Below are positions 38,081 to 51,198 of a DNA stretch of 64,000 bases, one piece after another. The DNA is from Felis catus (Eukaryota). Where the stretch lies: positions 75,580,001 to 75,644,000 of the forward strand of contig NC_058368.1 in NCBI RefSeq assembly GCF_018350175.1, in the 5' to 3' direction. The position numbers and the translations under genes were made by a program. The first letter of the stretch is position 1. Every line of letters begins with the position of its first letter. Under the pieces are notes generated by a model. It saw only the letters and a program-made list of their open reading frames with translations, did no database searches and was not told the DNA's origin.

Positions 38081-39790
38081 CCAGGAGGTTTTTAGGATAC
38101 GATAAACAGTCATAAGCACTTTCAACTTCCTTGAATCAAATGGAATACACATAAATCCCAAACTAAATAGAACTAGTTATCCATCTATTGAAGCGCAGCA
38201 AGGAGGGAGATTTAGATAAGCTTCTTGGGCATGATTTCTAGTTCGCCAAAGATACGAATCCCTCACTAACGCAGACATGAAACAGCCTTATCTCCGACGC
38301 CTGAATGATGCTGATAACCCCCTGCCCGAGCAAGATTACCTGTGACCCATTTACAGGCTGTGAAGGTGGTCTAATGACCTGAGGGGTGCCGCTTTAAATT
38401 CTAAGTACGTTACCCAAAAGAGCAAATTCAATTAGTCTTCAAATCATACCCTCACCCTTTTTAAAACACGTCTCTGATCCTGAATGAAGTAGATAGTCTT
38501 TACTCCAAAATGGACATGGACCTCTCTCCCACGGTTTTCTCTTTGCTGTGGAATCGGAAGGTTTCCCTGAGCCTGCGACTCCTTATTCCCATTTACATCT
38601 TGTGTTTTTGCTTTTTAATATTGAGAATCCATAAAACCCCTTAAGGCTTTTCCTGTAGCACACGTGCAATAATCAGTCTCTGTCACACAGAGAAACATAA
38701 GCTCGTGTGTGCGTGGCCCTGCTCTATCCCTAGGCGGCTGACCGTTTCTCATCTGAGAGCTTCCTCAAGAGACTCTGTGATTTGGTCTTCAGGCCCAACC
38801 ACTGACAAATTAAAATCACGCGAGAAAACGGCAATGACAACAGCAAGCTTTTACTTAGCAGTTACTACACTTCATAATTAGCACGTGTTCTATATCCGAT
38901 GCTTATTTTTATTTGCAATACAAAGGCGAAAATAAGTGACACTTTGCCAATGAAACTGACCAATCTTCGTGGAAAAAATAAATCTTTGCAAGCCATTCTA
39001 TACTTCACAGAGGCAAGCGGGGTAGAAGGAGCACAAGCCGAAAACTCCAGTCTTTATCGGTTCTTCCAATAGCCAATTAATGAGGACAGCAAATTAATGA
39101 AGATTTAGAAACAGGGGTCATTGTTATAGACTGGGAGAGAGCTAGGAAGAGGAACGCAGGTAGTCTTAAAGGAGGAAGAAGGTGGATCAAAACCGTTCAC
39201 ACAACCTCTTGGTCACCCCCACTTGGAGGAATAATTTGCTACATTAAAGATGGCTGCTGTGAATTGTCTTTCAGAGGCAAATCGATGGTGTGTATTGGGC
39301 AGTGAGTTACGGAACGGGAAAGCAGGTGCAAGATCGCACGGATTTGGAGGCCTGGGTAAATGGAAAACATTCAAGTCACTTGCTCCTTGCCAGAATTCCA
39401 GCAGATTTCTAAGGCAGAGCAGCGGAAATGAGCTGGTTTTGGATGTCAAAGAACAAGTTACCTCAGCAGTCATGTGGTTTGCACGTGCGTTACACCTACT
39501 TCTAAATCCAAGAACTTGGGAGGGAATATTTTCCCATTTTCTTCACTAGGAAGCTGAAAAACGTCACATAAGAAATCTACTCATGAATTGAGTTCAAGTT
39601 GGACAGAATGAAAAAAAAAAGGATGATGGTTAAATATGTGAACAGGGTTCAACGGTTGCTTAGATGTCATGGGAAGGTAGAAGCAGGCCATCTAAGCAAT
39701 GACAGCTTGAAAAGCAAACATTTTCCCCAGTGTATCTGCTAATCTTTTTCTAATCACCTAACACCTTCTAGGAATCATCAAAAGAGTTTT

Positions 39791-40045
39791 TTTTTTTTTT
39801 AAGTTTATTGATTTCTATTGAAAGAGAGAGAAAGAGAGAGAGAGAGAGAGCACACATGAGCAGGAGAGGGACAGAAAGAGAGGCAGAGAGAGGATTCCAA
39901 ACAGGCTCCTCTCTGTCAGTGCAGAGCCTGATAGGGGACTCAATTCCACAAACCTGACATGGGGCTCAAACCCATGAACCTGTTAGAGCATAACCCGAGC
40001 TGAAACCGACTCGGGTGGTAACAGACTGAGCCCCTCAGGCACCCC
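39791..40045 (-). mobile_element. Can-SINE with internal duplication
   Basis: TSD atcaaaagagtttt at 39777-39790 and 40046-40059. Repeated cctga..gggg.ctcaa segment. Confidence 0.93.
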
Positions 40046-40842
40046 ATCAAAAGAGTTTTATGAATGGGGAAGTAATACCTAAACTAACTTAATTATAAAG
40101 ATATCTACTGTAGCATAACTTTGTGTGGTGTGTACAAATAGATATGACATCATCTCAACAATTCTTTTTGATGGAAAAATACATTTTAATAAGATAATAA
40201 AGAATAGACCTCATTAGCTAGCTAATATACATATAAATACACATAATACTTGTTATCAGACTTCTACATGTTTTTTTTTTAACTTCATGTATACTCTTAA
40301 TGTGTACTTAATACCTAAGTAGTAATTTGTTTACCCGTGGTTTTAAATGATATGCTACAGAATCATTGTAATTGGATATATAGTATCCCCTTTTATGTGA
40401 TTTAGTCAAATCTTTATAATTTAAAGTGTAAATTCTTCTCAATACTCAAACATTCTAAACAATATTTTGCATCTAGATTTTCCTTATAGTAAACTAAAAT
40501 GGAAATTTAGCATCAATTATACATTTTTAAAAGTTTTTTCCTGCATATTTCTGATTTGCTCACCATTAAGAACCAATATAAACCCTAGCATGACATATGA
40601 GAGGGTGTAGCCTTGTAAATCCTGGATAATGTATTTCAATCCCCCATTTTATAGGTAAAACTGGAATTTGATTATTGCCTTTTCTTTCCTTTGATGCTTA
40701 TTTGCCTATAATGTGTCACGAGCCCATTGGTCATTTGATTCCTCCTTCTTCTCAGCATCAGTTCGGTTCTTTGTCCATTTTTTTCTGCTGATATAGTCAG
40801 TTAGTATTAGGAGATACTTAGATATTAAAAATTAATATTTTA

Positions 40843-41058
40843 AAAATTTTTTAAGGTTTATTTATTTTTGAGAGAGAGTGTGAGCTAGGAAGAGGCAGAG
40901 AGAGAGAGAGAGAGAGACCGTGACAGAGACAGAGACAGAATCCAAAGCAGGCTCCAGGCACCGAGCTGTCAGCACAGAGCCCGACGTGGGGCTCAAACTC
41001 ACAAACCGTGAGATCACGACCTGAGCCAAAGTCGGACGCCTAACCGGCTGAGCCACCC
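40843..41058 (-). mobile_element. Can-SINE (felid type), first ~9 nt of head missing
   Basis: Approximate TSD ttaaaaattaatatttta (40825-40842) and ttaaacattaacatttta (41059-41076). Confidence 0.95.
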
Positions 41059-41076
41059 TTAAACATTAACATTTTA

Positions 41077-41286
41077 GGGGCGCCTGGGTGGCGCAGTCGG
41101 TTGAGCGTCCAACTTCAGCCAGGTCACGATCTCGCGGTCCGTGAGTTCGAGCCCCGCGTCAGGCTCTGGGCTGACGGCTCGGAGCCTGGAGCCTGTTTCC
41201 GGTTCTGTGTCTCCCTCTCTCTCTGCCCCTCCCCCGTTCATGCTCTGTCTCTCTCTGTCCCAAAAATAAATAAACGTTGAAAAAAA
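41077..41286 (+). mobile_element. Young felid SINE (SINEC_Fc-like)
   Basis: TSD aaacattaacatttta at 41061-41076 and 41287-41302. Confidence 0.97.
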
Positions 41287-43534
41287 AAACATTAACATTT
41301 TAGTACTTTAATATTATAATATTTAATTTAACATTATGCTATCCTATTTTAATATTATACTACAAAGGATATCTATCACCTGTAATGTGACTCCTTCTCC
41401 ATACAGAAAGTTCGCGTCACCTAGTCAAATTTACTGTTCTCTCCCTTTCCCTTCTGTCTTGGCATGTGTGCTTCCATAGACCTCCTTTATGCCAACAGCA
41501 CGTATTCACCTATGTTTCAGTGGCTATATATATTTATATAATATATATACATATTTAAGTGTTTAATCCATCTGGATTTTATTAGGGTGCATGTTGTGAG
41601 GTAAGGGTTTAACTCCATTTTCCTTTTCCGCATGGTTAGCCAATTTGGCCCCAAACCATATGCTAACTCATTTATCCTTTTTCCCCTGATGCAAAATGTC
41701 ATCTTTGTCATGCTGCCTCCAAGTACCCCTATCACATATATTCAGCCTGTTTATGGGCTCCTTTTCCGTGCCATTTATCTGTCTGTGTCGTCCTGCAAGC
41801 GGGTCAGAAGTCTTACCCGCAGAGCAGGTCGGAAGACATACGACACAGGAAGTTGGCTGAGAGTGGGGGTGCGGGTGAAGGGTGGGGGGGTGCTGAAAAT
41901 TGTTAGCGGGGAATAAGTGCAGGGGGTTTAATCTGAGGATCAGCAGTGAAAATCTCTGAGCAGACAAGAGCTTTCCTTTCCCTTGACACGAACCGGAGCA
42001 GAAGAGCTCCACGGGAGGACAGGCACAGCCAGGAAGAGAAAGCAAATGACAAGACGAAAGAAATCGAGTTTATAGCTGCTGCCTGCCTCTTCTCTCCACG
42101 GTCTCCCCAGCTGAGGAAAGTATGCAGCGTCGCTGTGAGTCTCAGAGCAAGTGACTGAAGTGGGAACAAAGTTAGCAGACTGCCAGTCTGTCTGGAGAGG
42201 CAGAAGACTGGCGTTCAAAAGCTTGTCTCACAGATTTGGAGCAGAGTGCTGTTCAAAGTGGTAGTAAATAAAAACCCTTCCCTTCTTCGGACACCCCGGT
42301 GGCATGAGGGAAGGCTGTCCTAATGTCCCTTCGCGGCCACCGAGAATGTGGCTGTAGTTTTGCCTGAACAGATCATGCACGCATGTACGTTTTTAATTTG
42401 ATATCTAATATAAAGCTCTGCCAGGAAGGTTTGATGATGTATGAAATGTTGGAGAGTTGGAGAGGTGGGGGGGTGGGATGGAGAATATTTTTGTGTAACA
42501 GATATTCCCTTTTGCACCCTATATTAAATTACAGGGGACATAAAAAATATTACCTGGGCCATTTACGGCTGTGCTCGCAAGCACAAAGGTTTCATGTGAA
42601 TTTCAATAGGACCTCTCCCCAGGCACACGATGTGTTCTCCGTAGAAGGAGCCTGATGAGAGATGATTACCACGATGTCAACGTCTTTCCAGCTCCTGACG
42701 CGCATTCCTACAACAAATCCTTACCCTCCAAGACTATCTCCAATGGCTGGGGAACTGGACGGTTGGGTGCCTTGAAACAATGCTGCCTATTCAAACACAG
42801 GGGCTAAGTGTAAGAGAGTGCAAACAATCCACATGTTTAAATGAGCAGAATCAGGGTTCTGTGTGTCTCTGTACCATCTGTGGAGGTAAATTACATACAA
42901 ATATTTCAGCACCAGAAGGCCACGTCAATGAACACTTCTCAGCAAGAATCCAAGTTGGAGCCACGGAGAATTCTTAAAAAATGTGGTGAGGCCTCACACA
43001 AGTTCCCAAACCATCTTCACAAGCAGAGGGCGGCTTTTTTTCTTTTTCTTGTTTTTTTTTATTGTGTGGATTTCACCTGGGATGCATCCTGCCTGGCTCA
43101 GTGCCAAGGCCTTTTTCACAGTTACCCAGAGAGCAAGGGGGAGGAAGCCTGGCCACAAGAAGCAGGTGGCATCTTTAGCGCGCCTGGAAACTTACACCAG
43201 GTTTATACAGGAAGAGGGGCAGGACTGGTCCCAGGGCTTCCCTGCAAAGCTGAGCAGGAGGATGTGCTCATTGTACTCAATGCTCTGGAGTAAATTACTT
43301 TTCCTCTCCAAGGGTTTCAGGCTTATTGCTATCTTAACGCCGTTGGCCACTTGCCTCTGGAATCATTAAGCATTGATTTCAATTTGCTTTCACTTAATCA
43401 GAAGCCATAATTATGAATCGTTTCTGATTGTTGAAATCAGACCGGTTGTTCCTCTGGAAACCTTTTCTTTCTGTCAGCAAAGAGATGGCTTTGCCTTTTC
43501 CTGTTTTCTCTTTTTCGCGTTTCCTGCGGTAGAA

Positions 43535-44075
43535 TTGACAAAATCGTAAGACATTTAAGGTGTAGATCCGGGTGATTTGATAAATTCACACATTTGAAGG
43601 CATCGCCCCCCTTCTTTACCTTTTGTATGTGTGGGGAAGCATCTTAGTTCTACTCTCTTAACAAATAGCAAGTATAAAAAATATACCCATTACACAACCT
43701 AGTGTTATAACTCGGCACCGTGCTGTTACATTAGATCCTCAGACCTTATTCATTTTATCCCTGAAAGTTTGCATCCTTTCATGATTCCCCCCCCCCCACC
43801 GCCGCCATTTCCCCCACCCCCCTGCCCCTGGCGACCACGCTTTTACTCTCTGTCCCCATCGTGTGAGTTCAACTTTTCTATTTTGGATTCCACGGGTAAG
43901 TGATAGCATGCACTGTTTGTCTTTCTCTATCTGGCTTATTTCACTCAGCATAATTCCCTCCAGATCTATCCGAGTTGTTGAAATGACAGGATTTTCTTTT
44001 CTTTTCTTTTTTTTTTTTTGAAGGCTGAATAATACATATATGATGTATCGATCGGATTTTCTTTATCCACCATCT
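43535..44075 (-). mobile_element. L1MA-type 3' end
   Basis: ORF 43739-43951 (MLSEISQIEKDKQCMLSL) is the ORF2 terminus. 3' UTR 'cattagatcctcagaccttattcat...ctgaaagtttg'. Confidence 0.9.
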
Positions 44076-44079
44076 AGAT

Positions 44080-44325
44080 TTCAGCAGAGGCCTCCCCTGC
44101 CATTCTAGACCGACCTCTGGCATGACATACCAATTCTCCTGGTTGTAGCCTGCTTCACCTTCCTCGGGGTGCTCATTACGTGTGGTGCAAACCAGAACAT
44201 GCCGAATCACCTTGTAATTATTTGCTCACATCTGTCTCTGCCCATTAGGGTAAACCTCCTTAAATTTTCAGACCGAATTTTGTGCCTGTCACGTAGATGT
44301 TCAATGGATGGAGAATGGATGGATA
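44080..44325 (+). mobile_element. L2 3' fragment
   Basis: 'gaggcctcccctg...tgtctctgcccattagggtaaacctcctt...gtgcctgtcacgtagatgttcaat...gaatggatgga'. Confidence 0.55.
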
Positions 44326-44710
44326 ATCAGTGACCCTGGCATTGAAAACGAATGTTGTCCGGAGAACAGATACACCAAAAGAGAGGGATTGACTAGCTAT
44401 CCCTCCATGCTGGTTTGCAGGGTCTGAGATTAAGTGATGTTTGACTTTCCTCCACTGATGAGGAAAGAACAAGGGCAAGTACTCTTGCAAATATTTAAAT
44501 TCCATCTACAAATACCAGTGGGCTACCCAAACTCTCCAGACCAGCATGAGGGAACGTAACTAATGGAACAGGAGGTAATTAGGAGAGTAAACACTTTGAA
44601 AAAGTATTAAGGAAAATATTCCAGAAGGATGAGCTTCTAAGGTCAAGTGCAGGAAACTTGGGCTTGTATAGTTTAGCCAATGTGAATAAAATTTTTAAAA
44701 TATAGGTTCT

Positions 44711-44929
44711 GGGGCGCCTGGGCGGCGCAGTCGGTTAAGCGTCCGACTTCAGCCAGGTCACGATCTCGCGGTCCGTGAGTTCGAGCCCCGCGTCGGGCTC
44801 TGGGCTGATGGCTCAGAGCCTGGAGCCTGTTTCAGATTCTGTGTCTCCCTCTCTCTCTGCCCCTCCCCCGTTCATGCTCTGTCTCTCTCTGTCCCAAAAA
44901 TAAATAAACGTTGAAAAAAAAATTAAAAA
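44711..44929 (+). mobile_element. Young felid SINE (SINEC_Fc-like)
   Basis: CpGs intact. Perfect TSD aaaatataggttct at 44697-44710 and 44930-44943. Confidence 0.97.
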
Positions 44930-45778
44930 AAAATATAGGTTCTAAACTAAATATTTCTGTGCTGAGCAAATAACCTGAATCATCTAAAAAGCCTTTGCAA
45001 TTGTGACAATAATTTTAATCTAAACATAGACATGTTAATCTCTATGTATATGAATTTGGATTAGGGTTTGGGTTATGTAAAAAAACCGAACACACACCTT
45101 TCCAGTCTTTACTTAACTTTCCAAGTTAATTTCACATCAGATGACTTTTTAATAATTTCTTCATGTTTATAACCTTATTTTTTGTATAGTTACGGTATTT
45201 TTCACTTTAGAATTAATCTGACATCAGTCTGATACAATCAGATGATGCCAACATACTCAAAACAATGTAAAAAAAAACCTATCTACTTCGGTTCATAAAA
45301 GACGACCCTGAGACCCGCTTGAAAATTCCTATTTGTTGATCTATGTACCACAAAGTAAAGGTCACACACTGATATATTTTTAAAACAATAAGTCAACATG
45401 AAATTGCCAAGATGATTTGTCAAGAGCATCCTTTCTGTTTTGTTTTCCTTGAACAAAAGGACTGATAAAAATGAAAGAGTTATGTGTTCTGGGATCTTGT
45501 TTCTGGGCTCCTATGTGTCACATAGGGAACACATGTTCCTAAAGCTCTTGTTGGGCACTAAACAGGTTTCTTTCCCTATGCCTCATTATGACCTGACTTA
45601 CTGGGGTGGGGAGGACTCCATTTCATATAAAGTGAGGCTCCCCGAGCAATTGAAATTTGGTTTTCACCCTTACTGCTGTGGAATCTGAACTAACCAGCAC
45701 AGCTCCGTGATTATTCCTTCCTTCCTTTTCTCAGCATCCCTGTGCTCACCTGGGCATCTGAAAACACTCTTCCTTCCT

Positions 45779-46152
45779 TGTATTAGTCTTCTCAGGGTGC
45801 CATAACCATGGGCCACAGCTTGGGTGGCTTCAACAGCAGACACTTTTTTTTTTCCCCTCGCAGCACTGATTTCTAGAAGTCTGAGATCAAGGAGGTGGAG
45901 GGCAGTTCTTTGTGGGTCCATGCTCCTTGGCTTGGGGGTGGCCACATTCTCTTCCCTGTGTCTTTGCTGTGGTCTTTTCTTCTATGCATTTCTGTGTCCT
46001 AATCTCTTCTAATTAGGATATCAGTCCTATTGGATTAGGGCTCACTCTCATTAATTCATTTAACCTTAATTAGCTCTTTAAAGACCCTATTTTCAAATAT
46101 GGTCACATTCCGAGGTCCTGGGGCTTTTGCACTTCAAGCTGTCAGTGTGGCA
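45779..46152 (-). mobile_element. MaLR solo LTR (MLT1-type)
   Basis: tgtattagt...gccataac...tgggtggctt...agaagtctgagatcaagg...ttggattaggg...gtcacattccgaggt...ttcaatccataa. Confidence 0.9.
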
Positions 46153-46354
46153 GGACAGTTCAATCCATAATGTCACCGAAGCCTCAGAGTTAAAGTTAAC
46201 CTATTTGGGAGCTCCCCAAGTCTTTTGCAAATATCTCTGCCATCTATTTTCCACTGCGAAATTATCCTTGAAAATCCTCTTTCCATTCATACTCCTTGGG
46301 GATCTTATTCAATAAATTTTGACTTTTCACCTCCGTAAAGAGGATTAATCTTTT

Positions 46355-46720
46355 GTTTCATTTAGGGTCCTTGGCTGCAGGAAACAAAATCCACCGAAGC
46401 TATTTTAAGCAGGAGGGGATTTATCAAGGGATATTAGAAAGCTCACAGAATCATTAGGAGGGATGTAGAAATGGGATACAGTGTAACCTAAAGCAATGAG
46501 TGACTCAAGGCCCTCATCAGGGAACTAGAATTGAGGGGAGAACTGTCCAGATACTGACCCCCAAACTGTCTGAATCTTCTCACCACCTGTCCTTCCAAAC
46601 AGCTAAACCATGCTGTTTTTTTTTTTTTTTTAAATTAGCGTTTAGAAATCCATCCCATGTGGGTCTGTCTGAGAAGGACTACTGGGATACTATTGAATTC
46701 TGTCTACAAATTGGGAGCTG
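46355..46720 (-). mobile_element. Old MLT1-type LTR remnant
   Basis: 'tagggtccttggctgcaggaaacaaaatccacc..agcta..ttaagcagg..gggatttat...agctcacagaatc'. Confidence 0.55.
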
Positions 46721-46761
46721 AGTTCAGTCCATTCAATTCATTGGGCTGTTTACTTGCGTGT

Positions 46762-46763
<2 letters not shown>

Positions 46764-46802
<39 letters not shown>
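46764..46802. repeat. (TG)n microsatellite
   Basis: Direct reading. Confidence 0.95.
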
Positions 46803-46805
<3 letters not shown>

Positions 46806-46998
46806 ACTACAGACTAAATTTTAGGGGCAATCATAAATAAGGATATGTCCACCACTCCTCTCTTATGTTAGCCTCACAATCGTGATCATATACGGCAGCC
46901 CACATTACATGTCCGCAAGTTCATCTTCTGAAATAATCTTTCCCATGCACAAACCGAGTCACCTGTCCCGTTTCTAGTATTGAATGCTGCAACATTCT

Positions 46999-47219
46999 TT
47001 TTTTTTTATTTTTTTTAACGTTTATTTATTTTTGAGACAGAAAGAGACAGAGTATGAACGGGGGAGGGTCAAAGAGAGAGGGAGACACAGAATCTGAAAC
47101 AGGCTCCAGGCTCTGAGCAGTCAGCACAGAGCCTGACGCGGGGCTCGAACTCACGGACGGTGAGATTGTGACCTGAGCCGAAGTCGGACGCTTAACCGAC
47201 TGAGCCACTCAGGTGCCCC
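46999..47219 (-). mobile_element. Felid SINE
   Basis: Perfect TSD gaatgctgcaacattct at 46982-46998 and 47220-47236. Confidence 0.97.
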
Positions 47220-48028
47220 GAATGCTGCAACATTCTAATGAAGGCATTGGCAATTTAAAGATCTTTCAGCACTTTGCCTATGGTTTTGAGTGTGTGCTTC
47301 GATATGTTTTATTTCTCGGGATTCTATCGTAATGTCAGCAACAAAGCTTGAATTTTTTATAACCAAAATCACTTCTACCATTTGTACTGTATCCTGACAA
47401 GTTACTGACCATGTATGAAATAATATAAAATATTAACCATAAGTGTAACATCATCTCTTGGGTCCCTAACATGTACTAGGCAATTGCTAGCCCCGTTGTA
47501 TAAATAAGGACAATGTTTTTTAAAAAGTTAGATAGTTTAGCCATTCACACCAATCATAAACAGCCCCTTTATTCGTGAAATATTGAGTAATTCTATGTAT
47601 ATCCTAGTGATTATTCTGGTCACTGAGGATCCAGTGGTGAACAGAACAGACTATGTTCTGGCCATCATGGGATATATGTTTTGTCAGAAGAGACTGATTT
47701 AAAAAAAAAAATCAAATATATGTAATGTCAAGTGGTGTCCAGGGCTCTAAAGGAAAAGGTAGCAGGTTAGGGAAACAATAAGTGTTAGTGAGTGTGATGG
47801 AGACAGGGGTGGGAATAGAGAAGGACTCACCAAGAAGGTGACAAGTGACAAAGGAGACTTACCGGAGAGAGAGCAATGTGAGTCAAGGCTCCAAGGTGGG
47901 AAAATGGCCGGCAAATAAAGAGGAGGAAGGCAAGGGCAATGTGGTGTCTGGGGGGAAACCATTAGGAGGTAAGGTCAATGAAGGAGGGGACATGGGGGGA
48001 ATGTTGGTAGGACACTATCTAAGCAACA

Positions 48029-48470
48029 TGTGTAACCTGGACTCAGATGCCATCCCTGAGACGAGAATTTGAAGCCAACTCATTTCTTTGGGAGGAGATT
48101 CTAGAAGATACTGGTACTGAATGTGAAAGGGAGGGGGCAAACAGAGTCTGTTCGGGAGCAGGTTGCTGCGTAGGGTAACAGGAATCACGCCCTGTTGGGT
48201 CACGGGGAGCTGGTAGATCACGTACCTCAGAGCGGCCTTACTCTAGAATATTTCTTCACCACTTCTGTCCGGCACCTGCTGAGGGCTACTCCCAGGAGCA
48301 TTGACTCTTCTGTGCATCCAAACCGCCCTCTCACAACCTGTAATCATCAGGTACAGACAGAGGAAGTCCTGAGGAAAGAACCCCAGGCCCTTGCGCTGAG
48401 GTCTTCAGGTTTCGTAATGGAGAATGATGCTGTGGGATGGGTACATGGGAAGGGGGCGCTGACAACATCT
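48029..48470 (-). mobile_element. LTR16-like ERVL LTR remnant
   Basis: 'ccctgagacgagaatttgaagccaactcatttctttgggaggagattctagaaga' resembles recalled LTR16-group sequence. Confidence 0.55.
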
Positions 48471-48503
48471 TGACTTTGCTGTTGGGCTGTTCTGAACTCA
48501 GCA

Positions 48504-48870
48504 GTGTTGTCTTAGGTCATCGGGCCGCTGTAACAAAGTGCCACAGGCTGTGTGGCTTACAAATGACAGAAGTCTATTTGTCACAGTCTTGGGGGCTGGA
48601 GGTTGGAGATCAAGGTGCCAGCCTGGTCCAGTGAGGGCCTCCTTCTGGTTTGCAGAGGTCTCCTTGGGTCTTCGCATGGCAGAAGGGTCTAGGGAGCTCA
48701 GTGGGACCCGTTTCATCAGAGCACTAAACCCATTCGAGAGAGTTCCGTCATGACTTAAGCATCTCCCAAAGGCCCTGTCTGCTACGACCATCACACTGAG
48801 CGTGACGATTCAACATAGGATTCTGGCGGGGGTGGGGGGGGGGGGGACACCAACACTAAAACTATATCAA
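48504..48870 (-). mobile_element. MaLR solo LTR (MLT1A-like)
   Basis: gggccgctgtaacaaagtgccacaggctgtgtggctta...ggggctggagg..gagatcaaggtgccagc...ggggacaccaacact. Confidence 0.9.
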
Positions 48871-50510
48871 ATAGCGTGAACAGATACCCATTTTTACAGG
48901 TCCCTCTGGCGACTGGGTTGAAATGGGCAGGATGTGGTGTTCAGAGCAGAAACCGGGAGTCAGCTAGGAGCCATCCTCTTGATCGTCAAGCAAGGTCTTG
49001 AAATCCTGCACCAACAATGTGAGATGTGGGAGGAGAATGGATGTGTTATGAAGAGACAGCTAACAGGATTGTTGATAAATTTATTACGGAAGGGGAAGAA
49101 GAAAACGACTATGAAAGGTGTCTCCAAGGAAATGGAAGAATGGAGTTGTCATTTACTCAAATAGGAGAGATTGCAGGAAAAGTGTTTGGGAATAAGAAAA
49201 AGAAGTGTGAAAACAAGAATCTCAAGCCTGAAAGTATCTTTACAAAGTAGACGTCATCATTCCAGGTTTTTAGATGAGAAAAGTGTGCTCAGAAACACCA
49301 AAAGTTAACAATATTAATAGGTCTTCACATAATATTTTATGTTTGCATCTGTATTTAGAACTTAGATTCATTTTATTCACAACTTTTAACACTCAGGAAG
49401 TTTCTCAAAACAAAAGACCATTCAACGAAATGCCCGAAATTGACATAGAGCGAGGAGGCTGAAGGGTAAGTTAAAGCAGTTAGGGTTTATCTGCAATGTA
49501 AATAAACTTCAGATAAATGGTTATTCTTTGTAATAAAAGCAAATTCATTTTAGTAAAAATCACGAAGGCAAAATAGGAATTGGTCACATTGTAATAAAGG
49601 AGCCATAAATAAGGAATGGTTGGCCACTTTCTAAGAAAATGAGATTACAGAGTGCTATCTTGGTGGCCTCAATGTCTTAATAGTTCCAAATACATTCATC
49701 CCTAATTATTCAGAGCCCGATTAGTCTCTGTTCCATTATCTGGGGCACTCCAGCCTCCTTTTTATTCTTTTGGGTTTTTAAGCACTATCTCTGGGTTTAC
49801 CACCTAAGACCTTTATTAACTGAGGGCAGAGAAAATTACACTGGAGCATCTGGCTAATTATAATTGTTTTATTAAGGTGCGTGTAGGGAATCGACTGATA
49901 CTTAGGGCTGCCGTAAGACTTTTAAAGGTCACTGTGGAAATTATGGAAAATAAAGCCAGCCATGTTTTTAAATTATGATTTGAAATATAAACCCGTTTTT
50001 TGAACACCAGATACCTATAGTGAAAATGAGCTATAAAGTAGGCTGTATCTGAAATAGAAGTACATTGTATAAGTCATGAAGAGAGAATAATGATTTATGC
50101 AAATCTTGTGCTTTATTAAAAGTCCAATATTCGATAGGAAAAATATTAAAATGTCTATACTGATTTTATATGTACAATTTATATACAAGATATATGTATT
50201 TCGGGAGTAGATTCCTTAATGCCCCTTGCACTATATGCTAACTAACTTGGATGTAAATTAAAAAAAAATAAATAAAAATTTAGAAAAATAACATAAAATA
50301 AAATATACAGATTTAACAGACATCCACAAGCCTTGCCCTGGAGCAAAAAGTTGTAATGGCCACAGTATATGTTACAAACTGTGTTAAAAAGCAGGTTCAT
50401 GGAACACACAGCTTCATAGAGTTCACCCCCATGCCTTATACTGTATTTCTTTTTATCTGTGTTCCTGTCCTACCTGAAATACATTTTCTGATACAACAGT
50501 GCCAGAAGTT

Positions 50511-50736
50511 GGGGCGCCTGGGTGGCGCAGTCGGTTAAGCGTCCGACTTCAGCCAGGTCACGATCTCGCGGTCCGTGAGTTCGAGCCCCGCGTTGGGCTC
50601 TGGGCTGATGGCTCAGAGCCTGGAGCCTGTTTCCGATTCTGTGTCTCCCTCTCTCTCTGCCCCTCTCCCGTTCATGCTCTCTCTCTGTCCCAAAAATAAA
50701 TAAAAACGTTGAAGAAAAAAAAAATTAAAAAAAAAA
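50511..50736 (+). mobile_element. Young felid SINE (SINEC_Fc-like)
   Basis: Perfect TSD aacagtgccagaagtt at 50495-50510 and 50737-50752. Confidence 0.97.
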
Positions 50737-50984
50737 AACAGTGCCAGAAGTTACATATTTATGGAGATCCCACGTGCATATTTTCCCCTTCACGCCAGAA
50801 CAAGAGAAATACTGGCCCTATACTTTGTAAGAGTTATTTATTCAAATAAATGCAAATTCTTTTTCTACCCATTATTAGTAGTAACGTTATTAGTGGTGGC
50901 GTTATTGGTTATTGATATTTGGGGAAAAGTAACTTGAAAACAATCAGAGGTACTGGTATTCTGAACATACTTTATCATTATTAT

Positions 50985-51198
50985 TGTTTTTTACTTTTTT
51001 AAGTTTATTTATTTATTTTGAGAGAGAGAGGGAACATGAGGGGGAGGGGCAGAGAGACAGGGAGAGAGAGAATCCCAAGCAGGCTCCATGCTGTCAGCAC
51101 GGAACCCCACACCGGGCTTGATCTCACAAACTGTGAGATCGTGACGTGACCCAGAATCGAGAGTCAGACGCTTATCTGACTGAGCCACACAGACGTCC
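50985..51198 (-). mobile_element. Can-SINE (older)
   Basis: gagagaatcccaagcaggctcc...gagagtcagacgctt. Confidence 0.92.

Larger units (their letters stand above)
40250..41790 (-). mobile_element. Very old L1ME-like fragments interrupted by a SINE pair
   Basis: 'tatatacatatttaagtgtttaatccatctggatttt...tgtgaggtaagggtttaac...tggttagccaatt' is antisense L1 ORF2-like. Confidence 0.6.
47570..49190 (-). mobile_element. L2 remnant (about 47570-48020 and 48880-49190) split by two LTR insertions
   Basis: 'aaatattgagtaattctatgt...ctgaggatccagtggtgaacagaacagac' and 'gaaaccgggagtcagctaggagcc...gaagaatggagttgtcatttact'. Confidence 0.65.

Noticed and set aside
41632..43369. Cluster of overlapping 70-150 aa ORFs
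   Set aside because: No recognisable homology, frames open on both strands, and poly-T runs inside. A non-coding exon cannot be excluded without RNA data.
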